Shown piece after piece: positions 1 through 18,763 of a DNA stretch of 64,000 nucleotides. Origin of the DNA: Phoronis australis (Eukaryota > Animalia > Phoronida). The number at the start of each line of letters is the position of its first letter. The first letter of the stretch is position 1. The stretch lies in assembly GCA_002633005.1 (NCBI GenBank), contig NMRA01000326.1, positions 441,372 to 505,371 on the forward strand, read 5' to 3'. The translations under genes were made by a program, and so were the position numbers. Below the pieces are notes generated by a model that was not told the DNA's origin, did no database searches, and saw only the letters and a list, made by a program, of their open reading frames with translations.

Positions 1-674
1 GAAATTTGTCAATAACAAACTTTTTGGGTCTCAAACAGAAGAAATTTTACTGCAGGTCTCAAACAGAAGAAATGTTACTGCAATTCTTTGAGTTTTTGTT
101 TTCACACGTCCTGTTTTACAATTTAGTTCAAAATATATTTCATTTATTTGCCCAAAGTATTTAACAAGCAAAGGTCTTTTATTTTGTAAATTGTCTCATA
201 AAGTTTGAATATGACACCTTTACTCTATTTTAAGTCATGGTTTGTTCTACCCAGCTGTAATGAAACAAGATCTAGTAAAACATTGTTCATTTATCACAGG
301 CTAATAAATCTTTGAAAATAGAAAATAACTTTAGTGAAGGAAATGTGTTGTTTGAGCGTAGTTCCAGTCAAGAGGTACATGTTCATTCTACTCTCAATAA
401 AGCCTGTGTCTTCAATACCTAGAAATACCAATCCTTCAAAATTGTTTATTATTTGCTCATCATTGCTAGCATATTACAGAGTTAGTAATTGTAGAGTCCC
501 TTGTTGTATTTACACCCAGTCAAACAAACTCGATAGAATCACTGCATAACATTTCCCACAATCCTTTTTGTTAGGCACAGAGACAACTAGTACCAGGAAT
601 ATACTGTGCAACCTTGTTTTGGTGAATGCAGTGCGTTTTGTTTGTGTACATCGTATTCATGATTTGTGTTGAAG

Positions 675-6381
<5,707 letters not shown>

Positions 6382-6640
6382 TCATGACGGCACAAAGATG
6401 AAACTAGGCTTAAATGGTGTCACGGTCTGCAGTGAATAAGATCTTGCTCTGCGATAAAATGCTAATTGCATATAGTCCTTTATTGAACATATGGTCTTGA
6501 AGTCAAAGGGCTTATATGGAAATTAAAATAGCTATGAACCCGCCTTTTGGTCCAGAAAACTTATTGTTATGAAATTAAACTCAGCTTGCTGCTTTAGTTA
6601 GTCAAATTTGATGTAATTTCAAGGCTTTAGAAGAATGGAC

Positions 6641-8325
6641 ACTTATTGTCCGTGACTAGGCTCAACATGTTGGTTCATCATTAGTGTGTCACTTACTGTC
6701 TGTGACTAGGCTCAACATGTTGGTTCATCATTAGTGTGTCACTTACTGTCTGTGACTAGGCTCAACATGTTGGTTCATCATTAGTGTGTCACTTACTGTC
6801 TGTGACTAGGCTCAACATGTTGGTTCATCATTAGTGTGTCACTTACTGTCTGTGACTAGGCTCAACATGTTGGTTCATCATTAGTGTGTCACTTACTGTC
6901 TGTGACTAGGCTCAACATGTTGGTTCATCATTAGTGTGTCACTTACTGTCTGTGACTAGGCTCAACATGTTGGTTCATCATTAGTGTGTCACTTACTGTC
7001 TGTGACTAGGCTCAACATGTTGGTTCATCATTAGTGTGTCACTTACTGTCTGTGACTAGGCTCAACATGTTGGTTCATCATTAGTGTGTCACTTACTGTC
7101 TGTGACTAGGCTCAACATGTTGGTTCATCATTAGTGTGTCACTTACTGTCTGTGACTAGGCTCAACATGTTGGTTCATCATTAGTGTGTCACTTACTGTC
7201 TGTGACTAGGCTCAACATGTTGGTTCATCATTAGTGTGTCACTTACTGTCTGTGACTAGGCTCAACATGTTGGTTCATCATTAGTGTGTCACTTACTGTC
7301 TGTGACTAGGCTCAACATGTTGGTTCATCATTAGTGTGTCACTTACTGTCTGTGACTAGGCTCAACATGTTGGTTCATCATTAGTGTGTCACTTACTGTC
7401 TGTGACTAGGCTCAACATGTTGGTTCATCATTAGTGTGTCACTTACTGTCTGTGACTAGGCTCAACATGTTGGTTCATCATTAGTGTGTCACTTACTGTC
7501 TGTGACTAGGCTCAACATGTTGGTTCATCATTAGTGTGTCACTTACTGTCTGTGACTAGGCTCAACATGTTGGTTCATCATTAGTGTGTCACTTACTGTC
7601 TGTGACTAGGCTCAACATGTTGGTTCATCATTAGTGTGTCACTTACTGTCTGTGACTAGGCTCAACATGTTGGTTCATCATTAGTGTGTCACTTACTGTC
7701 TGTGACTAGGCTCAACATGTTGGTTCATCATTAGTGTGTCACTTACTGTCTGTGACTAGGCTCAACATGTTGGTTCATCATTAGTGTGTCACTTACTGTC
7801 TGTGACTAGGCTCAACATGTTGGTTCATCATTAGTGTGTCACTTACTGTCTGTGACTAGGCTCAACATGTTGGTTCATCATTAGTGTGTCACTTACTGTC
7901 TGTGACTAGGCTCAACATGTTGGTTCATCATTAGTGTGTCACTTACTGTCTGTGACTAGGCTCAACATGTTGGTTCATCATTAGTGTGTCACTTACTGTC
8001 TGTGACTAGGCTCAACATGTTGGTTCATCATTAGTGTGTCACTTACTGTCTGTGACTAGGCTCAACATGTTGGTTCATCATTAGTGTGTCACTTACTGTC
8101 TGTGACTAGGCTCAACATGTTGGTTCATCATTAGTGTGTCACTTACTGTCTGTGACTAGGCTCAACATGTTGGTTCATCATTAGTGTGTCACTTACTGTC
8201 TGTGACTAGGCTCAACATGTTGGTTCATCATTAGTGTGTCACTTACTGTCTGTGACTAGGCTCAACATGTTGGTTCATCATTAGTGTGTCACTTACTGTC
8301 TGTGACTAGGCTCAACATGTTGGTT
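6641..8325. repeat. Near-perfect 50-bp tandem array (acttactgtctgtgactaggctcaacatgttggttcatcattagtgtgtc) x~33
   Basis: Identical head-to-tail units with no spacers. The array ends at the N at 8326. Confidence 0.97.
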
Positions 8326-8326
8326 N

Positions 8327-11214
8327 TAAGGTAAAATCCCTACCTGTAACCAGTAACTCACTCACGCTCGAAACTCACTTAATAGGCTGCGCATCACGCA
8401 CTAAACCTGGAGGTGCTTCAGCTTGGAATATAAAAAGTAACTCTGAAACGTCAAACACAGAACTATCGGACGTCCTGCAGTCCCACAGTAGCTGTCCTAC
8501 GCAGTTAGCAAACAGCACTTCTGAAGAAGCCACATTGCACACAGAGCCACTTGTGCTGAACGCTGGGACTCACAAATCTGGTATTACGAATTTAGAACCA
8601 TCGAGCCAGTCACAGGAGCTTTATTGTAGCTCTTCAGCACCAAGTGAAAACTCCCACACTCACCAAAACAGTTCTTCTCAGTCGGCTCACACCATGCAGG
8701 AAAAACGTGGTTTACACGACATTCCTGAGCATCCACACCAACCTTCAAATCACGTCTTTCCAAAACGACCTTTTGGCAAGAAAAATCGTCAATTTCAAAA
8801 ACAGTGGTTTATCTCGTGGCCGTGGCTGCATTATATTGTGGGGGAAGATAAGGTGTTGTGTCACATATGTGCAAAAGCTTACCACATGGGTCTGCCGTCT
8901 TCAGCAAAACAAGAGCTATCATTTGTTGTTACCGGTTATACCAACTGGAAAAAGGCTACTGACAAGACGTCTGGCTTTACGAAGCATGAGAAATCTGAGT
9001 GCCATACAGAAGCAATGGAACGCACACTGATAGTGAAGTTGTCTTTCAAAGATGTTGCGGAACAACTGTCAACAGCCCACGGAGAGCAAAAAGCGAAAAA
9101 CCGCAGAATGTTCCTGAATATTAACAAACATACGTTTTTTGTTAAGAAAAGGTGTACCGTTTAGGGGTAACGGAGATGAACAAGATTCCAATTTTATTCA
9201 ACTACTCCATCTAAAAGAAACAGAGACAGATGTTTTGAAATCATGGTTGTCGCAGAAAACAAATAAATATACGTCTCCAGATATTCAAAATGAAGCGATC
9301 AAACTGATGGTTTTAAAAGTTCTCCGAGAAATAGCGTCGTGCATTCGCGGCAGTCCTTATTTTAGTATACTGGCAGACGAAACTACTGACGTGTCTAATA
9401 GCGAACAACTCGTCGTTTGTATCCGATTTCATCGGATTTCGCCGCTTGGAATTGATGGATGCCCAAACAATCACGTCACTTCTAAAAGACACACTGTTGC
9501 GGATGAACTTGTCTTTAAGCAGATGTCGTGGTCAATGCTATGATGGTTGCAGCACAATGAGTGGGTCCAAAAATGGAGTCGTTGTCAACATTAAACAGGA
9601 AGAACATCGCGCCCTGTACACACATTGTTATGGCCACGCGTTGAATCTTGCCTGCTCAGATAGTATCAAATGATGCAAGCTGATGGCAGATGCTTTAGAC
9701 ACCATATACGAAATTACCAAACTGATAAAAAATCTCCCAAACGTGACGCACAGTTGAATAAAATACGAGATGCGTTGCTTGACGACAGAGAACTGGGTAA
9801 TATTCGGCAACTGTGTCCAACGAGATGGACCGTGAAGGCTGACGCTCTGAATCGTGTGATAGGTAACTATGATTGTTTACTGGAACTCTGGTCCTGGGGA
9901 GTCCAAAATTGCAATGATTCAGAAATGAAAGCGCGGATACGTGGAATTCATTCTCACATGACACAGTTTAGTTTCTTTTACGGTTTAGTACTTTCAGAGC
10001 GCCTGTTGGTGCATGCTGACAATCTGAGTACAACTTTACAAAGCGTTCAGATGTCCGCGGCTGAGGCTCAAAAGATTGCCAAAATGACCCTTACTACATT
10101 AGAACGGATGAGAAACGACAGAGAATTTAAAAACTTCTGGGATGAAGTCCTAGCTTGTGCAAAGGATCATCACGTCAAAGATCCTGGTCTCCCTAGACGC
10201 AATAGAAAACCCGCTAGATACGAAACAGGAAATGCGCCTCCGGAGTTTTCTTCGAGTCCAGAAGATTATTATAGAAGAATCTATTTTGAAGCTCTTGACA
10301 ATATCATTGCATCAATACGGGACAGGTTTGATCAAGAAGATTACAAAATTTATATGCATTGTGAGAAGCTGATACTCAAGGCGGCAAAAGGGGAAAACTT
10401 TGAAAATGAATACCAAGATGTTATCAGTTTTTATGAAGATGATTTTGATTCAACACTGCGCAGTCACCTGGCTACTTTTGGGGACAATTATGCACAGGAT
10501 GGTAGTCAAGCGGTAACATTGTCTCGTGTCGTGGATTATTTGCAGAAATTATCAGCCGGTCAAAAACACTTGATCGAAAATGTAATTAAACTAGCAAACT
10601 TGCTGTTAGTGATGCCTGCAACAAATGCCAGTAGCGAACGAGCATTTAGTGCTCTTAGGCGTGTTAACTCATATTTACGTTCCACAATGGGACAGGGGAG
10701 GTTGAACCATTTAATGTTGCTCCATGTTCACAAAGACATGTGCGATAAGCTAAATTTGGTGGATGTGGCAAACGATTTTGCGAGGAAGTGAAACGCGAAA
10801 GGCACAACTCGGGGTTTTTACCACGTTAGACTTAGCTGCAGCCCGAGTTCCTGTGTGTAGCAGGGCAACGTCCACTGATTTATGTTGAAGAGTAAATAAA
10901 AACATTTATAATTATTTCACACCTTCATTCTTACTGTTCGGCAAGAGTAATCGTATGAGCGGCATGTATGTTGCTCCAAAAATTTCCAGTCAATCTTAAC
11001 AAAAAATTAACTCTAAAAGTACAGCATCTGTTACACACCTTATTATTAGTAGACATATTTTTTCATATAATTCAAAACGTACCTAGTGGTTGCAGTAGTC
11101 CATTTTACAGCGTTGATATATACACCCCAGTGCAACGCAGTGGTTTCGAAATTAGAAGTTACGTATCGACCAGGGTCGGTGCCTCCCAATAATTTTTACC
11201 TTCCTACGGGCCTG
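8327..11214 (+). mobile_element. hAT-superfamily DNA transposon (ZMYM1-like/DUF4371 transposase), left end lost at the assembly N
   Basis: Contains a transposase pseudogene. The candidate right terminus ccttcctacgggcctg (11199-11214) is the reverse complement of CAGGCCCGTAGGAAGG, a hAT-like TIR. Confidence 0.85.
8535..10791 (+). pseudogene. Frameshifted hAT transposase (TTF-type zinc finger, DUF4371, RNase H-like core, hAT dimerisation domain)
   Basis: Four overlapping ORF pieces (8535-9164, 9139-9543, 9446-9673, 9670-10791) give RQFQKQWFISWPWLHY..VLCHIC, YTSPDIQNE, FSILADETTDVS, QCYDG, HCYGHALNL, LCPTRW and PATNASSERAFSALRRVNSYLRSTMGQGRLNHLMLL. At least three frameshifts are needed to join them. 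Confidence 0.92.
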
Positions 11215-11836
11215 TCTTCTGATGGAGAGGTTCAATGTCTATACATTATAAAGATCCATTCCCTTTCTTTTAAACCGTTTTAAAACTACTTTTCATATCG
11301 AACCTCTTTGGACCAAAATGGGTTATGTTGGACCAAATATTTATGATGCTCTAAATAAATGACCCAAAAATTTGAAATAATCATTTTGAGCACATTTCAC
11401 GAGGATGTATGAAAACACATTTTTTTTGTAAATTCTTTTACAGGCACGTCGTTTATTGGCACTTGTATAAATGACGCATAAAATTGCAGACACTTTGTTG
11501 TCTCTCTCAGTGGACAGTGGATGACGTCACGACTTCTCATTCTTCTAAAAACTACCAACATAGAAACATTTAGTACATAAACGCTCTTCACCACACTAAG
11601 CATGCAAAACCCCAACTGTCTGAATCAGGCTGACAATGCATGGAGGCCTAGGGACAAGGAAAATTGAGAACTAAGTCTTAACTGAGGTTGATTTTGATCG
11701 TCTTCTTTCCTTGGATGTGACAAAAATAGGTGTGGTGTTTTTCTGGTTGTGGGAATTGTGATTTGGTCACGCGGCGATAACACCACGTGCAAAATAAAAG
11801 TGATGAAACTGAATAAAACCACTAACTGCAACAGGC

Positions 11837-14800
11837 ATGAAGTCACCAATAGGTTGTCTAGAGCATTATCTTCGATCAGCTTTCAGCTTACTGGCACTTT
11901 GTATAGCTAGAAAACCAATACCTTTTTTGGTCGTTCCGGTGCTAGTGACTGTTCCGTTCTGCTTTGGCGGGTTCTTTATTCGATTCAACAACGACATGGT
12001 CACTTTGTTCACTCCTCTCGATGGAGAATCTAAGACGGAAAAACTGAATTTTGAAGCCACATTTGGTTCAAGCCAAGATGCGGATTCTCTACGCTCTTTA
12101 CAGTTGCCAAACTTTGGCGAGGTGATTGTTGTTGCCGAAGGCGATGACAATATTCTTGAAGAAAAGCTCTTGGAAAGAGTTATTGCACTGGATAACGCCA
12201 TTAGGAACACAGACCTGAAAATTGGTTTGAACTTGACAGCATCTTACAGAAGCCTGTGCAAGAAGTCGCATGATGGAAAGTGTAGTGAAAATCTTCTTCT
12301 CTCTCTTATCGATAAGATTGGAAGGACGGACAACTTACGAATTAAGTATCCTTTACACGAAATGCCCGGTCCTGACTCGCGCGTATTTAAAATCAATATC
12401 GGAAGACTTTTGGGCAAAGTGAGTTTCACTGATGAAAGTTATATTTCAACAGCCAAGATGTTTCGATTAGAGTACTTTTTAAATAGTAACAATTCTGAAA
12501 CAGTAAATAAAGAATGGGAGAAGTCTTTTATTGCATATATGGAAAATATACATTCGAATAGGAAAATCTTGTATCCTGGCTTAGACATGACTTGGATAAT
12601 ATCCAGCACAACCGAATTGGAACTTCAAAAGACAATCGAAGAAGTGACTTCTTTCTTTGTCTGGTTGTTTCTCTTGATGATCGCAACCTCCATCTTATGC
12701 TGTGGAATGCGCGACTGGGTTCTTTCGAAGCCATGGCTGGGAGTCGCTGGTCTAGTTTCCTGCACGATGGCCATTTGTAGTTCACACGGCTTCTTGATGT
12801 ACGTCGGGGTCGATTTCATCTCCATCACCACCATCGCTCCATTCCTTGTTCTAGGTTAGTGTATTGGCATAAGTTAGCCGTTAATCTTTCTTCTGACAAT
12901 TGGTGAATGCAAATGTTGGTGATTTGTGTTGCTTATTCTCATTGTGTTGTCACTTACAATGTATATCCTAATGTGCCATCAAATTCAGCTTATCCAATGG
13001 ACTACGTCAACGGTTTATTATTTTCAGTAAGTGAAATATGCACTTAATTATTTTATAATACTATGCGTTTTCATTTGATTAATTTATTTAATAATTATGC
13101 ATTATAAATAATAACATAGTATAAATACAAAAATAAAACATTTGATTAAATCGAATTTACTCATGGGTCAAATCACGCTCTCACAACATACAGTACCTTG
13201 GTAAAAGCTCTTACAATTATATTTTTATAATTTTCCCCGAGTTATCAAGTTACCACTCTTCACCTCATTTCAATTGATTCTGTGACTAGTTTTTACAACC
13301 ACAAACTTCATTTGAAAGCTGAAGTTCGAAATTTGACGTGATCACATTATCTTTGATTGTGTATTTTGATTGTGGTCCGCAGTTTACATACAACATCCTT
13401 GGATTTCGTGAAAATTCTGCTTTTATTTTTTACTTCTCGCCCTTATTTCCTCCAGTAGGGGTCGCCTTCGACCGGGCTCGGATCGGGTGTTGGAAGTTTC
13501 GTTACATTTGATTGGCTTTGATAACTTCAAAACAAAGATCGACTTTCCATGTTCACGGTCACGCATTTCTGCCAAGTAGTGGGTCATTTTTTTCTGGAAT
13601 TGGTCTGGTGTAAATTATAGGCACTCTAGTATCCGCACATATTTGCATGACTATTACTTCTTGACTCTGTAGTCCGATTACAAAAGTGACGTTTTGGTCG
13701 CTTTCCTCTTTAAGCTTGCTGATAAAGCCGTTACATCCCTTTGGTAGCAATTGGAGTCGACGACATGTTTGTGCTTTTGGCGGCATGGCGTCAAACCGAC
13801 CCACGTGACACGGTACCTGAGCGTATGCGTCAGACGTACTCAGATGCGGCGGTTTCCATCACCATTACTACGGTGACGGACGCCGTAGGGTTTCTGATTG
13901 GTGGCGCAGCATCTGTCTATCCGTCCGTTCAAATCTTCTGCACGTACATGGGCATTGCTGTGCTCTGCGACCTCATTTACCAGATCACATTCTTTGGAGC
14001 TTGTATGGTCCTCACTGGACGCCGAGAGGACAATAACATACACCCACTGTTTTGCATGCGGGTTATGTCTGTCTCCCAAGCAGGTAAGTGGCTCCTAAAT
14101 ACTAATTTTCAGCAGCTGGTTTCGGCACCCCTTATATGCCGCAGCTTTCTAACTGGATGGTGGTTTGTTCAGGAAATCGTATTTGAAAGATAAGATCCAT
14201 TCCGAGAAACCGTGTCAACTGTTCAGCATTAAACATGCAGGGTGCTGAAAAATATGAGTTTTATCATAATTTCATATGAAACAAAATCATGTAATTACAT
14301 TGCGGGTATGATGTCAAAGTAACGAATCTGATTTTTACAGTTTTGACAACATTGACCCTCAGTACTTGTATGTAATGCTTAGCATTATTGACGTAAGGAG
14401 GAAAAATGGTTGTACATGGTAAATAAATGTAACTCCAAATAATTCCGAGGCGACCGGGGTTTTTCATTTCGGACGGTATTTTGATAAACATGATTGAAGA
14501 AAGTGGCATAATAAGGTGTGTTTCAAAGTTTGAAACACAAAAATGTTGTACACATGCAATGCTAACTCTGCAATATAGTACACCGTTATCACAGCACCCC
14601 ATAAACTTCAAATTTCGTCAAAAAGAGGGAAACCTAGTAAAATATGTAATCTCAAAGTAACAAACCGGATCATACATGATTGCATGTCATAATATTAACA
14701 ATTTAACTTCAAATTATGACATGACAATTAATTGGCTGAGTGGCCGAACCATCCTTTAAAGGTGTGTTTACGTACGTGGCAGTTCTCTAATCGTGCTGCG

Positions 14801-17800
14801 TGATTGGTTAGTTTCGAGTCTGAGTCCGAGTCGAGTCCGAGCTCGGAGATTTAATTAGAAGGCAACTTTTTTCATGATATTTTTAGTAAAAATACGGTTC
14901 GTTGATTGTCCCAGACATATGCTTAGTTAATCACGGCTTTTCGTAATTTTGTTAATTAGTCGTGCACTGCTCCGGAAGTGACGTTTAGGGGGTTAAGAAT
15001 TTCCCGCCATTTTGTTTTCAGTGTGACTGTGTGACTTGTCGAGTCAGTCATCATTTTACTTCGATTGTGATAAGTTCGGTCCTCGTTTGCGTTTGTTTAC
15101 CAATCAGTCAACATGGTTGCTGCGTACTGGGTGTACTCATTGTCTCACGAGCATTTTGGGTACGCCATTACATCGCTTTTCGAAAGATGACTCACTCCGC
15201 GGTACTTGGCTCGTTCGTGTGAAAAATGCAGCGTTAGCCGTCCACGCCACGCACAAAGCAGTTGAGAATTACTGAGTAAGTGCATTTTTGCGGAAGCGAG
15301 AAGCCTCGCGAGCTGTGGCTTCATCTACTGTCATCCGGGAACTAGCAGTGATTCGCTCTGTGCTGGTGTTGTGTTCAGCGCAGAGCCTGTAAGCAGCCCT
15401 GCAGCAATGGTGAGTGGTGGGTTTGAATACAGACCCAGCAAGACACACAATGAGGAATATAGTTCGTCATCCAATGAACAGGCCGTTGAGCTAAACTTTG
15501 ATAAGTTTATTGTAGACTTGACTAAAGTTTTGCAGATATTTAGATGGTGCCAGGTGTGTGGCGAGGGAGTCACACGTCGGGATGTAAGCAGTTTCGGTGC
15601 CCAGCCCACCAACAGCATAGGCATTCCATTGAGGTCGGTATAACAGTGCACACCGTACACTTGCACCAAGAGGTCCCGCCACGTGTGTCCTCAGTCTCTG
15701 CCTCCTCTCGCTAAACAGCTGTCTGTGCGTATTCTGCCTCACTACACTCGGGCTTAAACATTAACCACTCACTGACTGTTCATGAAAAAATTCCCTCGTC
15801 ATCACTCATATGAACAATGTCTCCGTCACTCACGTTACTGTGCATGTGACATGGGTCGCCAACTCCAATCATTTTGAGGATACTACAAACTAAACGATCC
15901 CTAAATCCAACGTAAGTGAGTTCTCTAACAACCTAGCTAATCGTAGAATACTCGTCAGTGAGAAGTGGTGACGACAATTTTAGGAAACCAGCAAGAAATC
16001 AACAGTGGAACAGATCCTCATAGCAAACTCGAACGCAGAAACAAAATGGCGGGAAATTCTTAACCCCCGAAATGTCACTTGCGGAGTAGGACACCAATAA
16101 TTAATAAAATTACGGGAAGCCGTAATTATCTGAAACATATGCCTGGGATAATCAACGAACAGTATTTTCGGTAAAAATGACATGAAAAAGGTTTCTTTCT
16201 CCTTTAGGTCCTTGGCCGAGGTGTGATAAATGCCAACTGGTTTGCCTCTACCTGATGATTTATCATATTGTAAAGTGTATTGAATTTACAGTATAAAATA
16301 AATAATATTAACTTACAGTATAAAAATAAATAATAGTAACAACGACAACAATAATGATATGACATACAACTATTATATTCTTCAAATCAGAAATGGGTAT
16401 TAAGCATCTTTTAGATCGAATTTTTATACTTTTGTGTAATACATCGATTAGAGTTTCAACACATGTACTTCTGTAATGAATGGCCAACCTTCAAGATCAA
16501 AATGGAAGCCGTGAGTTAAGATAAGGCTGTGTTTGCGCAGGGATTATCAAAATTTCGAAGCAATTGTGAGTAACTTTTGTTGCAGATGAAAAGTCGTGGT
16601 GGTATCGTACTTTCGTCGCAGGTGGATTCTCGTTTAAATCTCCAAATTCACAGAGCAGGCCGAGCAGTTTGCCTAAAACACCGTCTCAAGAACGTCTAGA
16701 AATTGAGCGGAAGACACATGGCGGCGTGGTGTTCTTCAGAGACTACTATGCGCCGCTCTTGTTCAAGTGGCCGGTCAAGGCAATTACAGTTGTACTGTAC
16801 ATAGTGTACCTTGCATTCGCAATAGAGGGTTGCGCTGAACTGCAGGAAGGCTTGCAGCTGAAACACCTATACAATGAAGGCTCCTACGCTCTGGATCACC
16901 ACGACAACACCGTGCAATACTTCAACAATTACAGCTTGTACGTGAGCTTGATGTTTAACAGCAAGTCCACCGAGTACCTGTCTCAGCAGTTTTTCGACAC
17001 AGCCAATGAGCTAATTGACCTGTATAAAGACACCGGATACTTCCACGGCCGTGACTTCGCTATCTCATGCATTGGAGAGTTCCATAGCTATTACGAGAGA
17101 GCTGTCACCAATGCAACTAACAAAACAGACGACATGTTGAGGATGTTGGCAACCTTCATGCAGACACAGAGAGCCTTGGATATGAACTGCATGAAAGACA
17201 TAATTATGGACGAACGCAACCGCATCACAGCAACACGGCTCTTCATTCAATCCAAAGACTTGCAGAATTCTCAACGGCAGATGGAGATGATGTTGAAGTC
17301 GCGCGAGCTGGTGTCTTTGCCAAAGTACCGTGTGTACAATATTACTTCATACTCTCCTTGGTTTGTTTTCTACGACCAGTACGCTACCATAATACCGAAC
17401 ACGTTGTTCAACCTTTTTTACACCATCGTTTCTATGCTGTTCGTGTCGCTGTTGCTGATCCCAAGTCCGATCGTCTGTGTCTGGGTACTTATAGCGGTTG
17501 TATCGATATGTACGGGAATGATAGGCTTCATGGCTTACTGGAAGGTCAATATGGACTCTGTAGCCATGATCAACGTCATTATGAGCGTTTGCTTTAGTGT
17601 CGACTTTTCCGCTCATATTGCTTACACATTCACATTATGTGAAGCTGACGACGTCGACAATAGAATGAAAATTGTCTTGTCACGAGTGGGCGTGCCTATC
17701 ACCATGTCAAGTGTGTCCACGTTGGTCGGTGTGGCCTTGCTATATTTATCCAGCGCATACGTTGTACAAGTGTTTTTTAAGATAATGTTTTTAGTTATCA

Positions 17801-18150
17801 TCTTTGGCACTTTTCACGGCTTATTAGTCATGCCGATACTTTTGAACCTAACCTATACACTGTTCTCAAGAAAAAAGAAATCTGATGCAGCTAATCAGGA
17901 CGATAACCCGTTGCAACTGACACAGAGCCGAGATGAAACCAACAGCAAGAACAATGAAGGAAAATCAAACCTCGTTCAGTCTCATGAACAAGCAGAGGCA
18001 GAAACAAAAAAACAATCCGACAAAAATGTTGTTGAAGACAATGATAGGACTTCAAAGGTTGATCAACCGGATGAACCTCGTATGTCAGATGGCTTATTTC
18101 TGGTCCAGCCGTGCAAAGATATTTCTAAGCAAGACATACCCTCAAATTGA
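11837..18150 (+). CDS. PTCHD3: Patched domain-containing protein 3-like (PTCHD3/Ptr family, sterol-sensing RND-type), 3 exons: 11837-12854, 13748-14083, 16586-18150; ~972 aa
   Basis: Contains DWVLSKPWLGVAG, APFLVL|AIGVDDMFVLLAAWRQT, AVSITITTVTD, YQITFFGACM, FVFYDQY, SVDFSAHIAY and FGTFHGLLVMP. Two phase-1 GT-AG introns join the pieces into one ORF. Exact orthology to vertebrate PTCHD3 is not established. Confidence 0.92.
14855..16203 (+). mobile_element. Kolobok-type DNA transposon, internally deleted, diverged copy A (in PTCHD3-like intron 2)
   Basis: Degraded TIRs (agaaggcaacttttttcatg ... catgaaaaaggtttctttctcct) after TTAA at 14851-14854. Decayed THAP (LHRFSKDDSLRGTWLVRVKN) and DKFIVDL..CQVC lie on +, and a KolX-like remnant lies on -. 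Homologous to copies B and C. Confidence 0.82.
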
Positions 18151-18763
18151 GCGAGGACACATGGTGTCAGTTATTGAACCGATTGAACTGCTTGTTGGCG
18201 AAATGTGTTATAAAACGTCTACTGACCTATGACTGGATCTTTTTAGAGGATCTGCCTCGTTGGTTGCAGTGACTAGTTCATTGAAATGTCACGCACGCGA
18301 GGACTGTATGGCCCCTCTTGCAGAAACATGTGAATACTTCGTCAATGAGTGTGAGGTGTAACTCCAAAATAAATATACTTTTTGACGCATTAGATGTTTG
18401 GTGGGGGCTCTGATTAGTAACGACCTACTAATCGGAAATTAGCTAAACTGTGTGTGGCATTACTAATGTATTGGAAGGTATTTTTCGTAATCCAATTTCT
18501 TAACTATAAACTCGCTCGCCATTAAAGGAGAAGGCAACCTTTTTCCATGTCAGTTTGAGCTAAAATAAGGTTGGTTGGTTATCCTAGACATATTTTCCAC
18601 TTAATTACAGCTTTTCGTAATTTTTTTAATTACTCGGAGGCAACCATTTCGCGCCAATTTCTTTTCATATAGTCTGACTGTGAGAGCTGCCGAGTCAGTC
18701 ATTGTTCTACCTCGGTTGTGTTAAGTTCCGTCGTCGTTTGCTTTCATTTACTAGTCAGTGAAT

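Noticed and set aside
6641-8325. CRISPR-like array (regular repeats with an internal palindrome)
   Set aside because: Units are head-to-tail with no unique spacers, there are no cas genes, and the context is eukaryotic. The same applies to the 46-bp array at 30759-31358.
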